Of a stretch of 64,000 nt of DNA, positions 38,701 through 50,700 are shown piece by piece (the first letter of the stretch is position 1; each line of letters begins with the position of its first letter). The translations under genes were made by a program, and so were the position numbers. The notes beneath the pieces were generated by a model that was not told where the DNA came from, made no database searches, and saw nothing but the letters and a program-made list of their open reading frames with translations. This DNA is from Amphiscolops sp. MND2022 (Eukaryota), in assembly GCA_964187785.1 (NCBI GenBank), contig OZ076409.1, positions 10,914,001 to 10,978,000 on the forward strand, read 5' to 3'.

Positions 38701-41700
38701 TTGTTTAGCGGTACTAAGGTTACCTCATCCGGCGCTCCTAAGCCGTTAAGTCTCATTTCGCGTTCTAGGTGGAGTACTATATCATTATAGGGTTTATCCT
38801 CGAGGTATGCCCTGTTTAGTATTTTCTTGACGTGGTCTGGCATCTTTGCATAGATCGCCTTATCAATAAATTGTTGGGCTTCAGAGCCAAAAGCTTCCTT
38901 GGCAGTTTTTTGAAGTATGTCCAGAAATTCGTGGAGTTTCTGGTTCGAGGGGTCGAATTTGAGCGCGTCCCATTCGCATCTTGCCTTGGCCATAGACAAA
39001 TAGTCTCCAAAACGTCGTTTGAAAATCGTCATGATCTCATCAAGGGAATCCTTTTTCGTATCTTCGATATTACAAAATGCTTGTAAGGCATCTCCCCTGA
39101 GGAGGGAGTGGAAATAGTTTATTTTTTGGATTTCAGTAAGGTGCGGGTACATTTTTATGTTATTCCGGAAAAGGTCTTCGAATAGTTCAAATTTTTCCGA
39201 CTTCCCGTCGAAGGTCGGGAGTGACGCCGTGAGTGCTTTTGGCATGGGCAGAGTAGTGCTATCGTTTTTATCCGTTGCAAATAAAGTTCTTGCCGCTACT
39301 GGACGTTCTTTTGACGGCGGCTGGCTCTGAGACCTGGCTTTTGTTCTTTTTGGCTGGTTTGTGGAATCGGTTAGGACTCCTGTCACCATGTTACGACATG
39401 CTATCGGGTCGTTTTGAGTAGAACTTATTCTCACTGATTTTGTAGGAGTATAGAAACCTCTAGTTTCTTCCTCTACCTCTTCTTCAGTGTTTTCTCTAGT
39501 AATCCTTCTTGTTTCAGGTTTAAGGAGTTTCAACATCTCCTTCTGAGATTCAATAAGAAGATTTTTAATCTCTGACGTTATTTCTTCCTTTAATGAAGTT
39601 CTCAAGCTTTCAAAGAGACTATTCTCAATCCGGGGGGATTTAGGTCTAGAAGGCCCCGCTACTTCATCGTCTTGATTCAAAGAACAAGGATTTCCTACTA
39701 CTATGGGTGAAATCAAGCCTTCACTTACGTTCTCACTGGTGCTTTGCTGATCGTTCCTTCTTTTTTGGCTTCTTGTTGTTGACATTTTGTAGAAAAGTTT
39801 GATCTTGAAGAATTGAATTTCTTTCAAAGATTTTTCTGACAAAGTAGAACAAGGCAAGAGTGAAATTGAAAATTCAACTGAATTGTACAATTGCAAAAGA
39901 CTGAGTCCCTCAATCATCAAATCCTATCATATTTATACCCTCCCAGCATCATTTGATCACGAACAAAGCCCTAATTTTCCTTGAACAATTAGTCATTTCC
40001 TGTATTTTCGATGAAAAAATCATTTTGTTCCCAATTTTACGTCGACATTTCGTCAATTTTTGAGACACGATGATCTTCATTTAGTATTAGTCATCAAATT
40101 TGATCATATCATTTCATCTCGGCGTCCTTTTGCTTCCTCCCAAGCAGGAAGTAGATATTACTTCAGTCTGTCAAACCGGAAATGCTTCCCTGTTTTACTG
40201 CTTTGGTTCGCGGGAAATTGACGCTGAGATGACGCTGACGTGAACAAAAAATACCTGATTTTGAATTTCGCTTTGATAAAAATGCTATGACTAATTTCAA
40301 AATAGGAATATTTGACCGATGCTAGGACGATATTTTATGAATTTGGACTCAATCCTATGCTAGAGATGAGAATGAAATCATGATATGAAAATAATATTTG
40401 TTAGCAACTTTGTCATGTCGTGTCAAACACGACAAAATTTACAAAATTAACAGTAACGTTTGTTAAATAGAAACATCAACACAACGTAAATAACTGGACA
40501 GCAACGGATGTACTAATATAGGAAGACATGATCACAATCACAAGTACAGTGTTCAACGTTGTAGAGTACAAAAATGCAAAATATATGAAAAATACATTTC
40601 TGGTACACAATATGCTTTTTAGTAGGAGAGAATAAACTGTGACTTCCTCATTAACCTACCGCGAAATCTTGTAATAAAATGATTCATGCACTGAAATTTC
40701 TTTATTGTTAAGGATACATGATTGTTACTTAACGTGGGGTTGAAATTATCCTATATGTGCCAAAACGCATTCTAAATTGGGACCTTAAACCATGGAAAAT
40801 CAGCAATACATTCGTTATACTATTTGCAACAGTCTGCAATTTTCTCTCTTTAGGAAATAACGGCATTTGCGCGATGAAAACCTGACTAAATTCAGCAAAT
40901 TCATTCACTTTATTCAATTTCATAAACTTGTCAACGTCATGTTGACGAGTTTTCTTGGCAGAGTAGAGATTTTGACTAGTTTGACGCAATGCTGACGAGT
41001 ATTTTAGAAATGAGTCTCTCGCTAGCTACCGGAGCAGTGACGTCACAATGGCGGTAAATTGGAATGATTTCTTGGTACGCTTATGCGAGGCAGTGACGTC
41101 AATTGGTATGCCTTCAAACTTGTCTGCGTCTTACTGACGACAAATATACATGTATTCTTGTTTCTTTCGCCGCTTTGTTTACTCAGCGCAGTATTGACGT
41201 CCTAAATCACTTTAATTGCTGTTCAAAAGAGTAATTAAGCTGTCTTTCTAAGAAAAGGCTTAACTACCACGGTGTGTTGTCTCACTGTAATTTCCTGTTT
41301 TAGGTCCGAATGAAATGTAATTTTTCGGGATTAGTTTTGATGTATTTTCATTTAGATTAGCTTATGGTCTCTTTATTCTTGGGATAGTTTTATTCTAATT
41401 TTCAGGTTGTGAATGTTTCATTTGTCGTGGTTGACTCGTCCAGCCAAACATGCGTGAAATCATTTTTGGATTATTTTGCTTCCTTATTTCATTTCCGCCC
41501 AAATTTGCGCGCGGTAAATGTGTTTTTTACATTTCCGGTACTATTTTATTCAATTTTGCGAGAGCATGAAAAATTTAGAACGCGTTCACTAGTTTTATTT
41601 GGAATTTTTGTTAGGCAAAAGTATTATTGCATTTCAAGTCACAGTTTATTTAAATTTAGTTAGAGTTCGAGTTAATAACCAAAATTCCTCTTCGTGAGTC

Positions 41701-44700
41701 TTGCGGTGCACCCATGTCCACGCCCAAAACCAACTCTCCTGCATCCGCAATCCAGTCCGGGAGCGGACTGTGACAGCAATAATGCACAAAAAGTGGACGT
41801 TACGCGTTGAACTGACGAAAAAAAACTAGCCACTGTAAGAGTCTGGATTTTCTTCGAAAACGCCGACTAAAAACTGCACCCGGGATTCCCAACCTCTGAT
41901 CATATTGGCACCATACAATTGAAAGGTTTGCAGCGGTGTTATTTTAGGAAACAAAAAAGCTTCGTCGAACATTTACAAACATTCAAAATACAAAATAGTC
42001 GTAAAATTCGTGGCGCCGCTTTGCAGTCAACTTCGGATGCATCTCATAGGCAACTTGATAAAATTCAATCAAATCAGTGAAGTTTTGATGCATGGGAGCT
42101 TCCTTGAGAGTCCTATAAGATCGTGATAAAACAGCTTTCTAACTCACAAAAACTTTTAGAAAGTTCAAGCCATTTCAACGCTAGTCGGGACTACTGGAGC
42201 TTTTTAAATGTTGCAGAAATGCATGCAGCGTAATTCTTCAAAAACTTCGAAAATTCAGTAAGCTTCCGGGGTGGTACACCTTGAAAATTTGGACGGCAAT
42301 TTGCATCATCGAAATTGAAATCGAAAATATTGTCATATGAAAGAATCAGCCAGAGTTTTAGAAAATCAAAAGTTGCAAAAAGCTGAACCACTTTCAACAA
42401 AAGATGAATAACTTGACGAATTTTGACGTTGCAATTGAGCTATCCAAACTTGAATTCAAAATACTTGACGTTAAGTGTAGCTTTCGACTACTTTATCTTA
42501 ACTATTGGGTTTGGATTCGGTGATAATCATATGATAAGGTTCAAATTTTGATGGTAGAAAATGAAGAGCTCAAATGAGGGAAAAATACCATAGGAAAAGA
42601 TTATTAAAAAAGTAAGATTCAGATTCACGAGACGGAAGTTTCAAGAGTATCCATGTTTCAGACACCACGTGGAGTGTGGTCTCTGGCAAACCTGGGTTAG
42701 TAAAACTAATATTACAATATTCCGTGAAACGATTGGTAAGCATATATGTAGATATATGTAACCATAAAACTTCAATGTTTATGTTCGCAAACTATTCTTC
42801 ATGAACCTCAACCTAAACCACATCGCAGGCCCCATGTTTGAACACAAAAGTTGAAGGATTTGATGCTTTTTGGAGTTATCAATTTGAAAATAAAATCAAC
42901 TTTGAGTTATCAACTTGAAAATTGAATAAATACAAGGCGCTTGATAAGCATCAGGATATTTCCGCCTCCTCAAAAATGTCAGGTGTAGGTGAGATTCGAA
43001 CCCACTGTCTTTTGGATGATAGGCGGATGCACTACCGACTGAGCTATAGTAACTAAAATTGCGACTTACTGAAGGGATGGAGATTGTGGATAATTGGCAG
43101 AATTTGGAAAAAAAACGCAACACTGATGATAATTTTTTCCAGAGAGTTTCAAAAACGAGACGAAAAAAGATGACATGCTGCAAGTGTATATCCAGATGAG
43201 AGCAGTAGCTGCTCGGGCTGGTAGCACAACCAAACAAAGGGTGTGGTTCTGTTACATCTCCTACTACACCCACAAAACTGAGAAATGTCTGAAAGACGAA
43301 CAAGAGATCCCTGGAACTGACGCCATTGTTGATGGAGATATTAACTCGGTTAGAACATGGATACCCAGCATTCGACATCTTGAATATCTTGCCAAGATCT
43401 TGTTAAGATCTTTCCAGATCTTCCAAGATCTCGCAAAGATCTTTCCAGATCTTCCAAGATCTTGCAAGTTCTGGCAAGATCGTCGAAGAAATCCCAGCTA
43501 GAGTCCAAGATCTTGTCAAGATATCCAAGATGAAATCCAAGATCTTATCAAGAAATTCAAGATGTCAAGATAAAATCTAAGATCTTTCCAAGATATTCAA
43601 GAATTCGAGATTTTCCTAAGATCTTGGCAAAATATTCAAGATGTCAAACGCTGGTATAAAAAGTCATTTCACAACTAAACTCGGGAATCTCACCTGCAAT
43701 CGATTTACAAAAAAAAAGATATAGTCTTCAGATAAGAGATCAAAACAATCTTTTAAGAGTTTGAAATTAGGTTTCAACAATCACTTTCAATTCTCAAAAC
43801 CAATATGTGAATTCTAAGCGATTTATTCCCGCTGAATACAACGAATAAACTCGACAGTGACTTCGTACTCAACTGAGGACAACGATTTTTTCGCAACCAT
43901 TAAAAAATTACGAAACACCAGAATTATATAGGAAAACAAAAATTTGTCTTTCTTATCGACAACCTATTGGACTAACTGGGGTGAGTTGTTATTTGTGTCA
44001 ATACAGTTTTCTCCGAGCCACCGGCAAAAAGTAACAGGAAAAAAGTGAAAATTTTGCTCCTAAGCAAAAAAAGCAAATATATGCTCTTTCTCAATAACTG
44101 AGCAACTGTTTGGTAAGTTACTGTTCCACCCAAGTAACACAGTAGACACACCATTAAAAACGCACACAGAAGTTTTTTAAATGAAGCTTCAGTTATGAGT
44201 TCGACTGGCATTTGAATCATTTGCGCCAATTCTCAGCCTAACTAGTGTGCATTTGAAAGCTTAGGTAAAAGGTAACACAAAACCGATTTGAGGTGCAGCT
44301 ATTATTTGTGGAGAAATGAAGCTTTGAAAAAAATTCCCGAAATTTCCTCAATTTTCCAACTTCTCGGTGTACTGTCGAGAATAAAAAGCTATTTTCCAAC
44401 TAAATTTAGGAATATCACCTATCGAATTACAGAAAAAAATAGTCTTCAGAAGACAGATCAATACAATCTTTTTAGAGTCTGAAATTAGGTTTCAATGAGG
44501 TTTTTTCTGTAAAAGATACCTAAAGCCAGGGTCGTACAATCATTTTCAATTTTCAAAACCCAATAAATTTGACGTCTTTATGTACTCTGAATTACTTTAT
44601 TTCCAATAGCTCTAATCCGCAAAATCCGGAAATCCTGAATGACATTTGAAATCTAGCTGAACATTGAAAACTTCCAAAACTGCACTAAATAAACCTCATT

Positions 44701-47700
44701 CTACAGCCACACTTTTAATGAAAAATCTAGCATTTGAATGGTTGACCTGCATTCTTGCATTGGGCTCAATTGTCAAATTGTTTCCGGCAGATACCGTCAA
44801 CTATGGAATTCCAAGAAGGTTCCGTGGGGATTCCTCAGAAAGGGGCAGGACCCGTTGAGTTCACGCTCTACTTGGCTCCGAGGTCAGTGATCGACCTCAG
44901 ACTAGAGGTCACCGCCTCCTTGAGTGAACTTAACCCAAACCCAGCACCATGCACGCCCATAGTTCAGAGTGTGGAACTCATTTCAATTGGACATTACATC
45001 GGGTACCCAGATTACGAAAACTTTGGAATGGAAGAATGTGAATCGTGAGTCAAAGAGTCCTTTTATTTAAATTTTTTTGACCTCAGAAAGTTCCCGAACT
45101 GGGAACATGAAAAAAATTAGGGAGGCTTTTAGATGAAAAAGTGAAAATTTTGAAAAATGTCGCACAGTAAAAAAAACATCCCAAGGGAGACCTGGAGACC
45201 CTTTGGCCTCAATTAGTTTCGAGCATTCAGTAAAAAGCTAAAAAACTCAAAAGGAGTACCCTTTAGACTTTAGAACTTAGGCGAAAAGTCTGTAAAAAGT
45301 GAACAATTCAGTGTGAGGTCTGTAGTCTTACAGAAAAACATGCCTCTGTAAAGATCCGTTTTTTTTCTTACAAAAAGTGCCGACTAAAAGTGGTACGTAC
45401 CATTTTAATGAGAAAGATATCAGAAAAAATCGGTTGAGACCCATTGAGTCTCCATTAAAATAATAACGCCTTCTTATTGGCTGTTAATTTAGCTAACAAA
45501 ATCTTGCTATTTCATTGCGGCATAAGTATCGTAATGATGGTTGGTTTTTCATCCATCGCCAGGGATGAAACTAACTGAATTAACGGCCGTTCTTCGAATT
45601 CAATCCATGGCCTTGAGTGGTTCTCAACTGGTCAGGGTGTTCCATGAGTTCAGAGTGAAATTTTTGAGTTTCTGAGAATCTTTCAAATTTGGATTTCTAT
45701 GCCAGGCCAGGGCTAATCCAGGTTTGTCCAGAGATGGAACTGCCATGGACTAACCATGGCCATGGATAGAATGTCATGGAGTCTCAGTACGGGTGAAGCT
45801 CAATTCTTCATCAAGTTACTTTTTTGATAGTCCTAAACAGGCTTTCACAAACTTTGGAAGTAAAATCCATTGAGAAGTCACTTTGCTTCCTGTTAACCGT
45901 ACTTAAGTTCCTCCTAACTAAGTACTCAAAACACAACAATTAAGAAAAATTTCAATTTTTTCTTGCAAAAACTGAATTGAATTTTCATTCATTTTTACAA
46001 CTTACTTGAAGTCAAACATTCGAAAATTTCAAAAAGTTTTCCAGCTAAATAGCCATTCCAAAACTAGCAGTTTGACGATTAGCGGGAAAAATTAGCAATG
46101 TCAAACACCTGATTGGTGGTATGGTCATGATAAAAACCACGCATTTGGCGAACAAAACAAAATGACAAGAGCAACTGTGACCAATCGGAACTTTGTGAAC
46201 ATGAGCGGGCTTCAAGCTGACAATGGCTTGACAACATGACTGACAACGGTACAGTAGCTTGTTATAAAGAAAAACAACAGGGTACAAAATAATTGACAAC
46301 AATCATATCGCTAGCAAAAAAATTCAAGAAGCTGGACTGTTTTTATTCTGGTAATGAACTCATGGGAAAAAGTCTTCGAATTTCGACCGAAACTGCTCCA
46401 ATACTATTTTGTTTGGAAATCGAATGAAAATTTTTAAATCATTTTTTAAAAACTATTATCGGTCTCCTTTTTCACTTTACTCCTCAAAAATGTCACGATG
46501 TGCGACGAAATACTTGATTTTACACTCCGAAATATCATTTCGACAGAATTACGACAATTTCTTACTGTTCATCAAAAAACGAAAGATTCAAGGAAGAGTG
46601 TCTGATGCAGAAAGTAGAGACCAGCTTCAACAAGCCGAAAACGGGCCAAGTCGGCGCCTCGCTCAATGCCAAAAGTGTACCCGGGGACGTAGTTTTAGTA
46701 GTACTTGTTGAATAAAGATTTTTCGAAAATCCAAAAAAGTCGTTTAGTACTGAACACCTGACCCTAAAGCTTTACATTGAACTCAAATTACGTGATATTT
46801 TGGGGGAAAATCATAAGCATTATACGAGAAATAAAAACGTTCCATCCGAACTTTGAAAACACTTTCTCTGAATTTATGTACGTGTTAGAAGTTATGTATG
46901 TTTGCAAAATGTATGCAAAACGTTCGGAAGAAAAGTCTCACAGTGCCGAAAAAATCAGAGTATAAAACACCAAGGTAGCTAGAAGGGGGATCCTTGGTAT
47001 GTTTGCGAGGTTTTAGAACTTTTTCTAGGTACGTAGTTCACTTGTCTACAAGCTGAACAAAATGATCAAAGTTTATAGAAGTTTATAAAATCTGTCACTT
47101 TGTCCTTCTTTAACGAAGCCACTACTACAGTCTGCTCTTTTTAAGAAAGCGCCGACTAAAAAACCACTACAAACTTGATCTACAAATTTTTGGTAATGAA
47201 ATTCTTTTGCCAAATGCATTTATAACGAAATTATGCGCCTTCACTTGCATTGTTCGGCGTCTTTAGCTTTTCGGTACGATAGTGTTGCATCCTAAACAAG
47301 CCGAATCTTCGGCACCCGCTCAAGTTTCAAGGTAACAAGTTTCTTAAATATGCTAAGGACACTGTTGTTATTTTTTTCTAAGTACCAAAAATTTCCGAAG
47401 GGATACGTTTAGGGATACGACTCGAAAACCAATTTTTCCCCCAATGACCCTCTATGGTCACAAAACGCTTTGCTCCTGCTACAAAGGGGCACTTCGATTG
47501 AAGAATAATATGAAAAAAAAGTTGCGGAAAAATGTAAAATGAGGGCTTTATTAACATCCAATTTGTTGCAAAGTATCGAAAACTGAAGGGGACAATATGG
47601 AAACATTAAAAACATTTTCGAAAACAGTCTCATAACGCGAAAAAAATGAAACGGTGACTTTAGTCTCGTCCGGTTTTGTATGTTACGTTTAAAAAGCACG

Positions 47701-50700
47701 AAGATATTCTGGCTGAAGCACGGACTCGAACCTCACCGCTGGGTTCCCCATAACCGATTAACTTCTGTTCCACAAAGTGGTACATGCAGGTTGCGCTCTG
47801 TAGTCTGACGAAAGCAAAAGAGAAAAACTAGCCACCGTAAGAGTTGGACACTTTTTCAAAAGCTCCGACTAACAAGGGCACCCATAGTGCACTGACCGCT
47901 TATTCGGAGTCTATCTGTTATTAGTTAATTAGCTACTTAGAATACGCGTGTGTAGAAAAATATGCAGTTTGTTTTTTAAAAAAAAGAAATGATCCAAAAT
48001 TGCCAAAATTTTCCTCTGAAATTGATATGAAATGCTCCCAGTTCGTTACTTGCACTTTTTGTAGTTGATTTCATGTCGTTCTTGCATCTAGTTTAGGCTG
48101 CTATACGCATGAATCTTAGCGGCTCAGCGCCTATGTTCCATTAAGGTTCTAGGTCACTCCTTGTTTTTAGTCGGGCCTCCCGTAGAAGGAGCAGACTATA
48201 GTAGTGACTTTTTAAAAGTATTCAAGGCCGACGAACTGGCAGATTTTATTGTTTTTAAAGCTGTTGCTTCTACTACCACATTAAACTTGAAACTTCTTTT
48301 GCCATTTGGCGCAGAGGTTAATCAAGATTTTGTTAGGTCTGCGAAGCAGAAGGAAGTAGGTTTAAGTCTCGCACTTGAGCAAAAATTTTTTGTGCTTTTT
48401 TCGGCTTCGTGAGATTTTTTTGAATATTTTTTATGTCTCCAAAGGGTCTCACTTCAAGTTGCAACAGAATGGACGTTAAAAAAGCCTAAAGCCCCCCCCT
48501 TTTACCATTTTTGGCATTAGAATTTTTCAAAATGATTTTTCGTTTTAAAATTAGGTTTTGTCAGCACGCTGGATCCAAAGTTTGTTTTTTTTCGAGACCG
48601 GCATTTTTTCCATGCGAGTTTTTTTCCATTTTTTTCCGAATCCCTCTCGATTTTTACTAGAAACGGAACGTTTTGCGAGCATACAGGACTCCTTATGGTT
48701 TTCGGACTAAGTGACTTACCTTTGTTTGCTCAATTTTCCGTTTTGGGGGGGGGGGGGGTTGTTGTCTCCACTTGGGGCAAAAGCGGTTTTCGAGTTTTAT
48801 GTGTATCCCTTGAGGTGTTTTTTGGCTCTGTAAAAATGATGAAATTTCAAAAAAGTGTCCTTTTGCATATGTAAAAAAACTGTTAGACTTTTTTTGTGTC
48901 ATTTCATTTTGCTTTCAGCTTTTCATATGTGGAAGGAACTGCAGTGTGCAATAAAGTTGTTGCTAACTTCGGCCATGTTTCTAACCTCAACTTCAACCGA
49001 GACTCGCCAGTGGAAATTGAACAACACAAGGTTATCTGAATAATTAGAAAACAATTTTGCTTGATTTTTCTTGCATCTCAATTTTCTTGGTTATATGCAA
49101 ACTACGACCACTAAACTAATCTTCATTGCAACTTTTCATGTGAGGCAACCTGCCAACTTGGAGGAAAAACAGAATATTCTCAATGCTTTACGTGAAGCAT
49201 TTCTTTAAAAATGTTTAAAAAATTGATTTTTTTTCAAAATTTGAACTATTTTAAAAATCTGTGCTGACGTTTAAAGGCATAGCTTGATCGGAATCATTAC
49301 CTTAATGAAATTGCTTAAACTTTTTTATGCACTTTAATGTTGCCAGCAACCTTTATTATGATTTTCTAAACCTCTTACGGAAACTTTCATGCCAAAAATT
49401 CCTTACTGAACCTTTCTGAATTTTTTAAGTTTTATAAAAAAATCACCCTGCATGCACGACTGCAGCATGTAAAAAGTGCCAGCAGTGTCAACTAGGGTTG
49501 AGATGCTTTTCGAAGAAAGTCCTGATTTAGTTTCATTTTCCCGTCAAATTTCAGATGAACTTCGTGGCCATAATAGGAGTTGATGAAGAATGTGTCTCCG
49601 GAGACATTGACTTGACTGTGGAATTCAAGAACATGAATGCACTAAACAAGACATTCATCAAGGCAACCAACACTTTCATAGGAGTCGCAGTAAGTGAAGA
49701 GCTTCTGAGAAACCTTCAGCTGGATTTTTTCTGTTAATAACTCCCCCCACAGTAAGCGCGAAAATTTTAATCCCCCCCGTATCGGCGATGACTTTCAGGT
49801 GCAGTTAGAGATATAAAATAATGCAATTTGATTGGTTGCTACTATTAATTCAATGATACTTTCACTTGACTGCTTAACTGGGAGATTAAATCAGTTGGGA
49901 GAATTAACAGAAAAGATCCACTAAGGCTAAATAACATAGTGTTACTCTAAAGCTGCCTACCATTTCTTCAAATGATGATTCGTTTGGCTAGTAGCTCATA
50001 TTCTCTAGCACCGTTTTTTCAACAATTCATTGGTTCCTAGATTGATTTGAATAGCACAAGCATTAAAAGAAGTGAATATGTCTCCAAAACTGAGAAAATT
50101 TTAAAAATTTTCAAAATTCGGTTTTTGGCGAAAACCAGTTTTCTCGAAAATCCTTGGCCCTCTAATTAAGTTTTAAAAATAATTTTCAATCATGTTTTTT
50201 TTGAAAATTTGCAAAAAACGCCCAAGTCAATTATGATTAAAGCTGATTTTTTTCAAGGTTATATGAATGAATTCGAACGATATTTAGAATTTTCCAAAAT
50301 ATGAAAGATTTTGGCGTGTCCAGGAATCGAACCGCATCCGCACGGATTTTGTAATATTTCGATGAGAATGGAACATGCAATTAGCATGCGCTATGCTGAA
50401 ATTAAATTTTTGTTTACTTTTAATTTTATTGCTTGCTTGCCAACAGTGTTCGATCATGTGAATGAACTTCGAAAAATCAAAAGCAGCCAAAAGTACAGAT
50501 ATATTTGTCCGTTTGGTAGTTTTTACGATTCCAAAGTCGTAATACGTGAACTGGTTGGAAACAATAAAAAAACTTTTCAATCCATGCAAATATCTTTGCG
50601 AGAAAGTTCTCTCATCAATTTTTATGAATCTTTTAAAAATTTTACTTTGTTGTCTATTTTAAAATGAAGTGTAACGAGGTCCATTGCTTCAGCCTCTGCC

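Larger units (their letters stand above)
23732..41775 (-). mobile_element. Giant (18,044 bp) young Ty3/Gypsy LTR retrotransposon carrying extra genes
   Basis: Two 2387-bp LTRs (TGTCAC...GTAACA on the minus strand); 5-bp TSD GCAAT at 23727-23731 and 41776-41780; intact gag and pol in PR-RT-RH-IN order. It splits a HINE copy whose uninterrupted paralogue is at 12279-12799. Confidence 0.97.

Noticed and set aside
33581..39086. + strand ORFs overlapping gag and pol
   Set aside because: Shadow ORFs of a coding strand with no independent motifs.
39786..39920. Extended Gag N-terminus (MMIEGLS...)
   Set aside because: Begins too close to the TATA box and is not conserved in the solo LTR, where homology starts at MSTRSQK.
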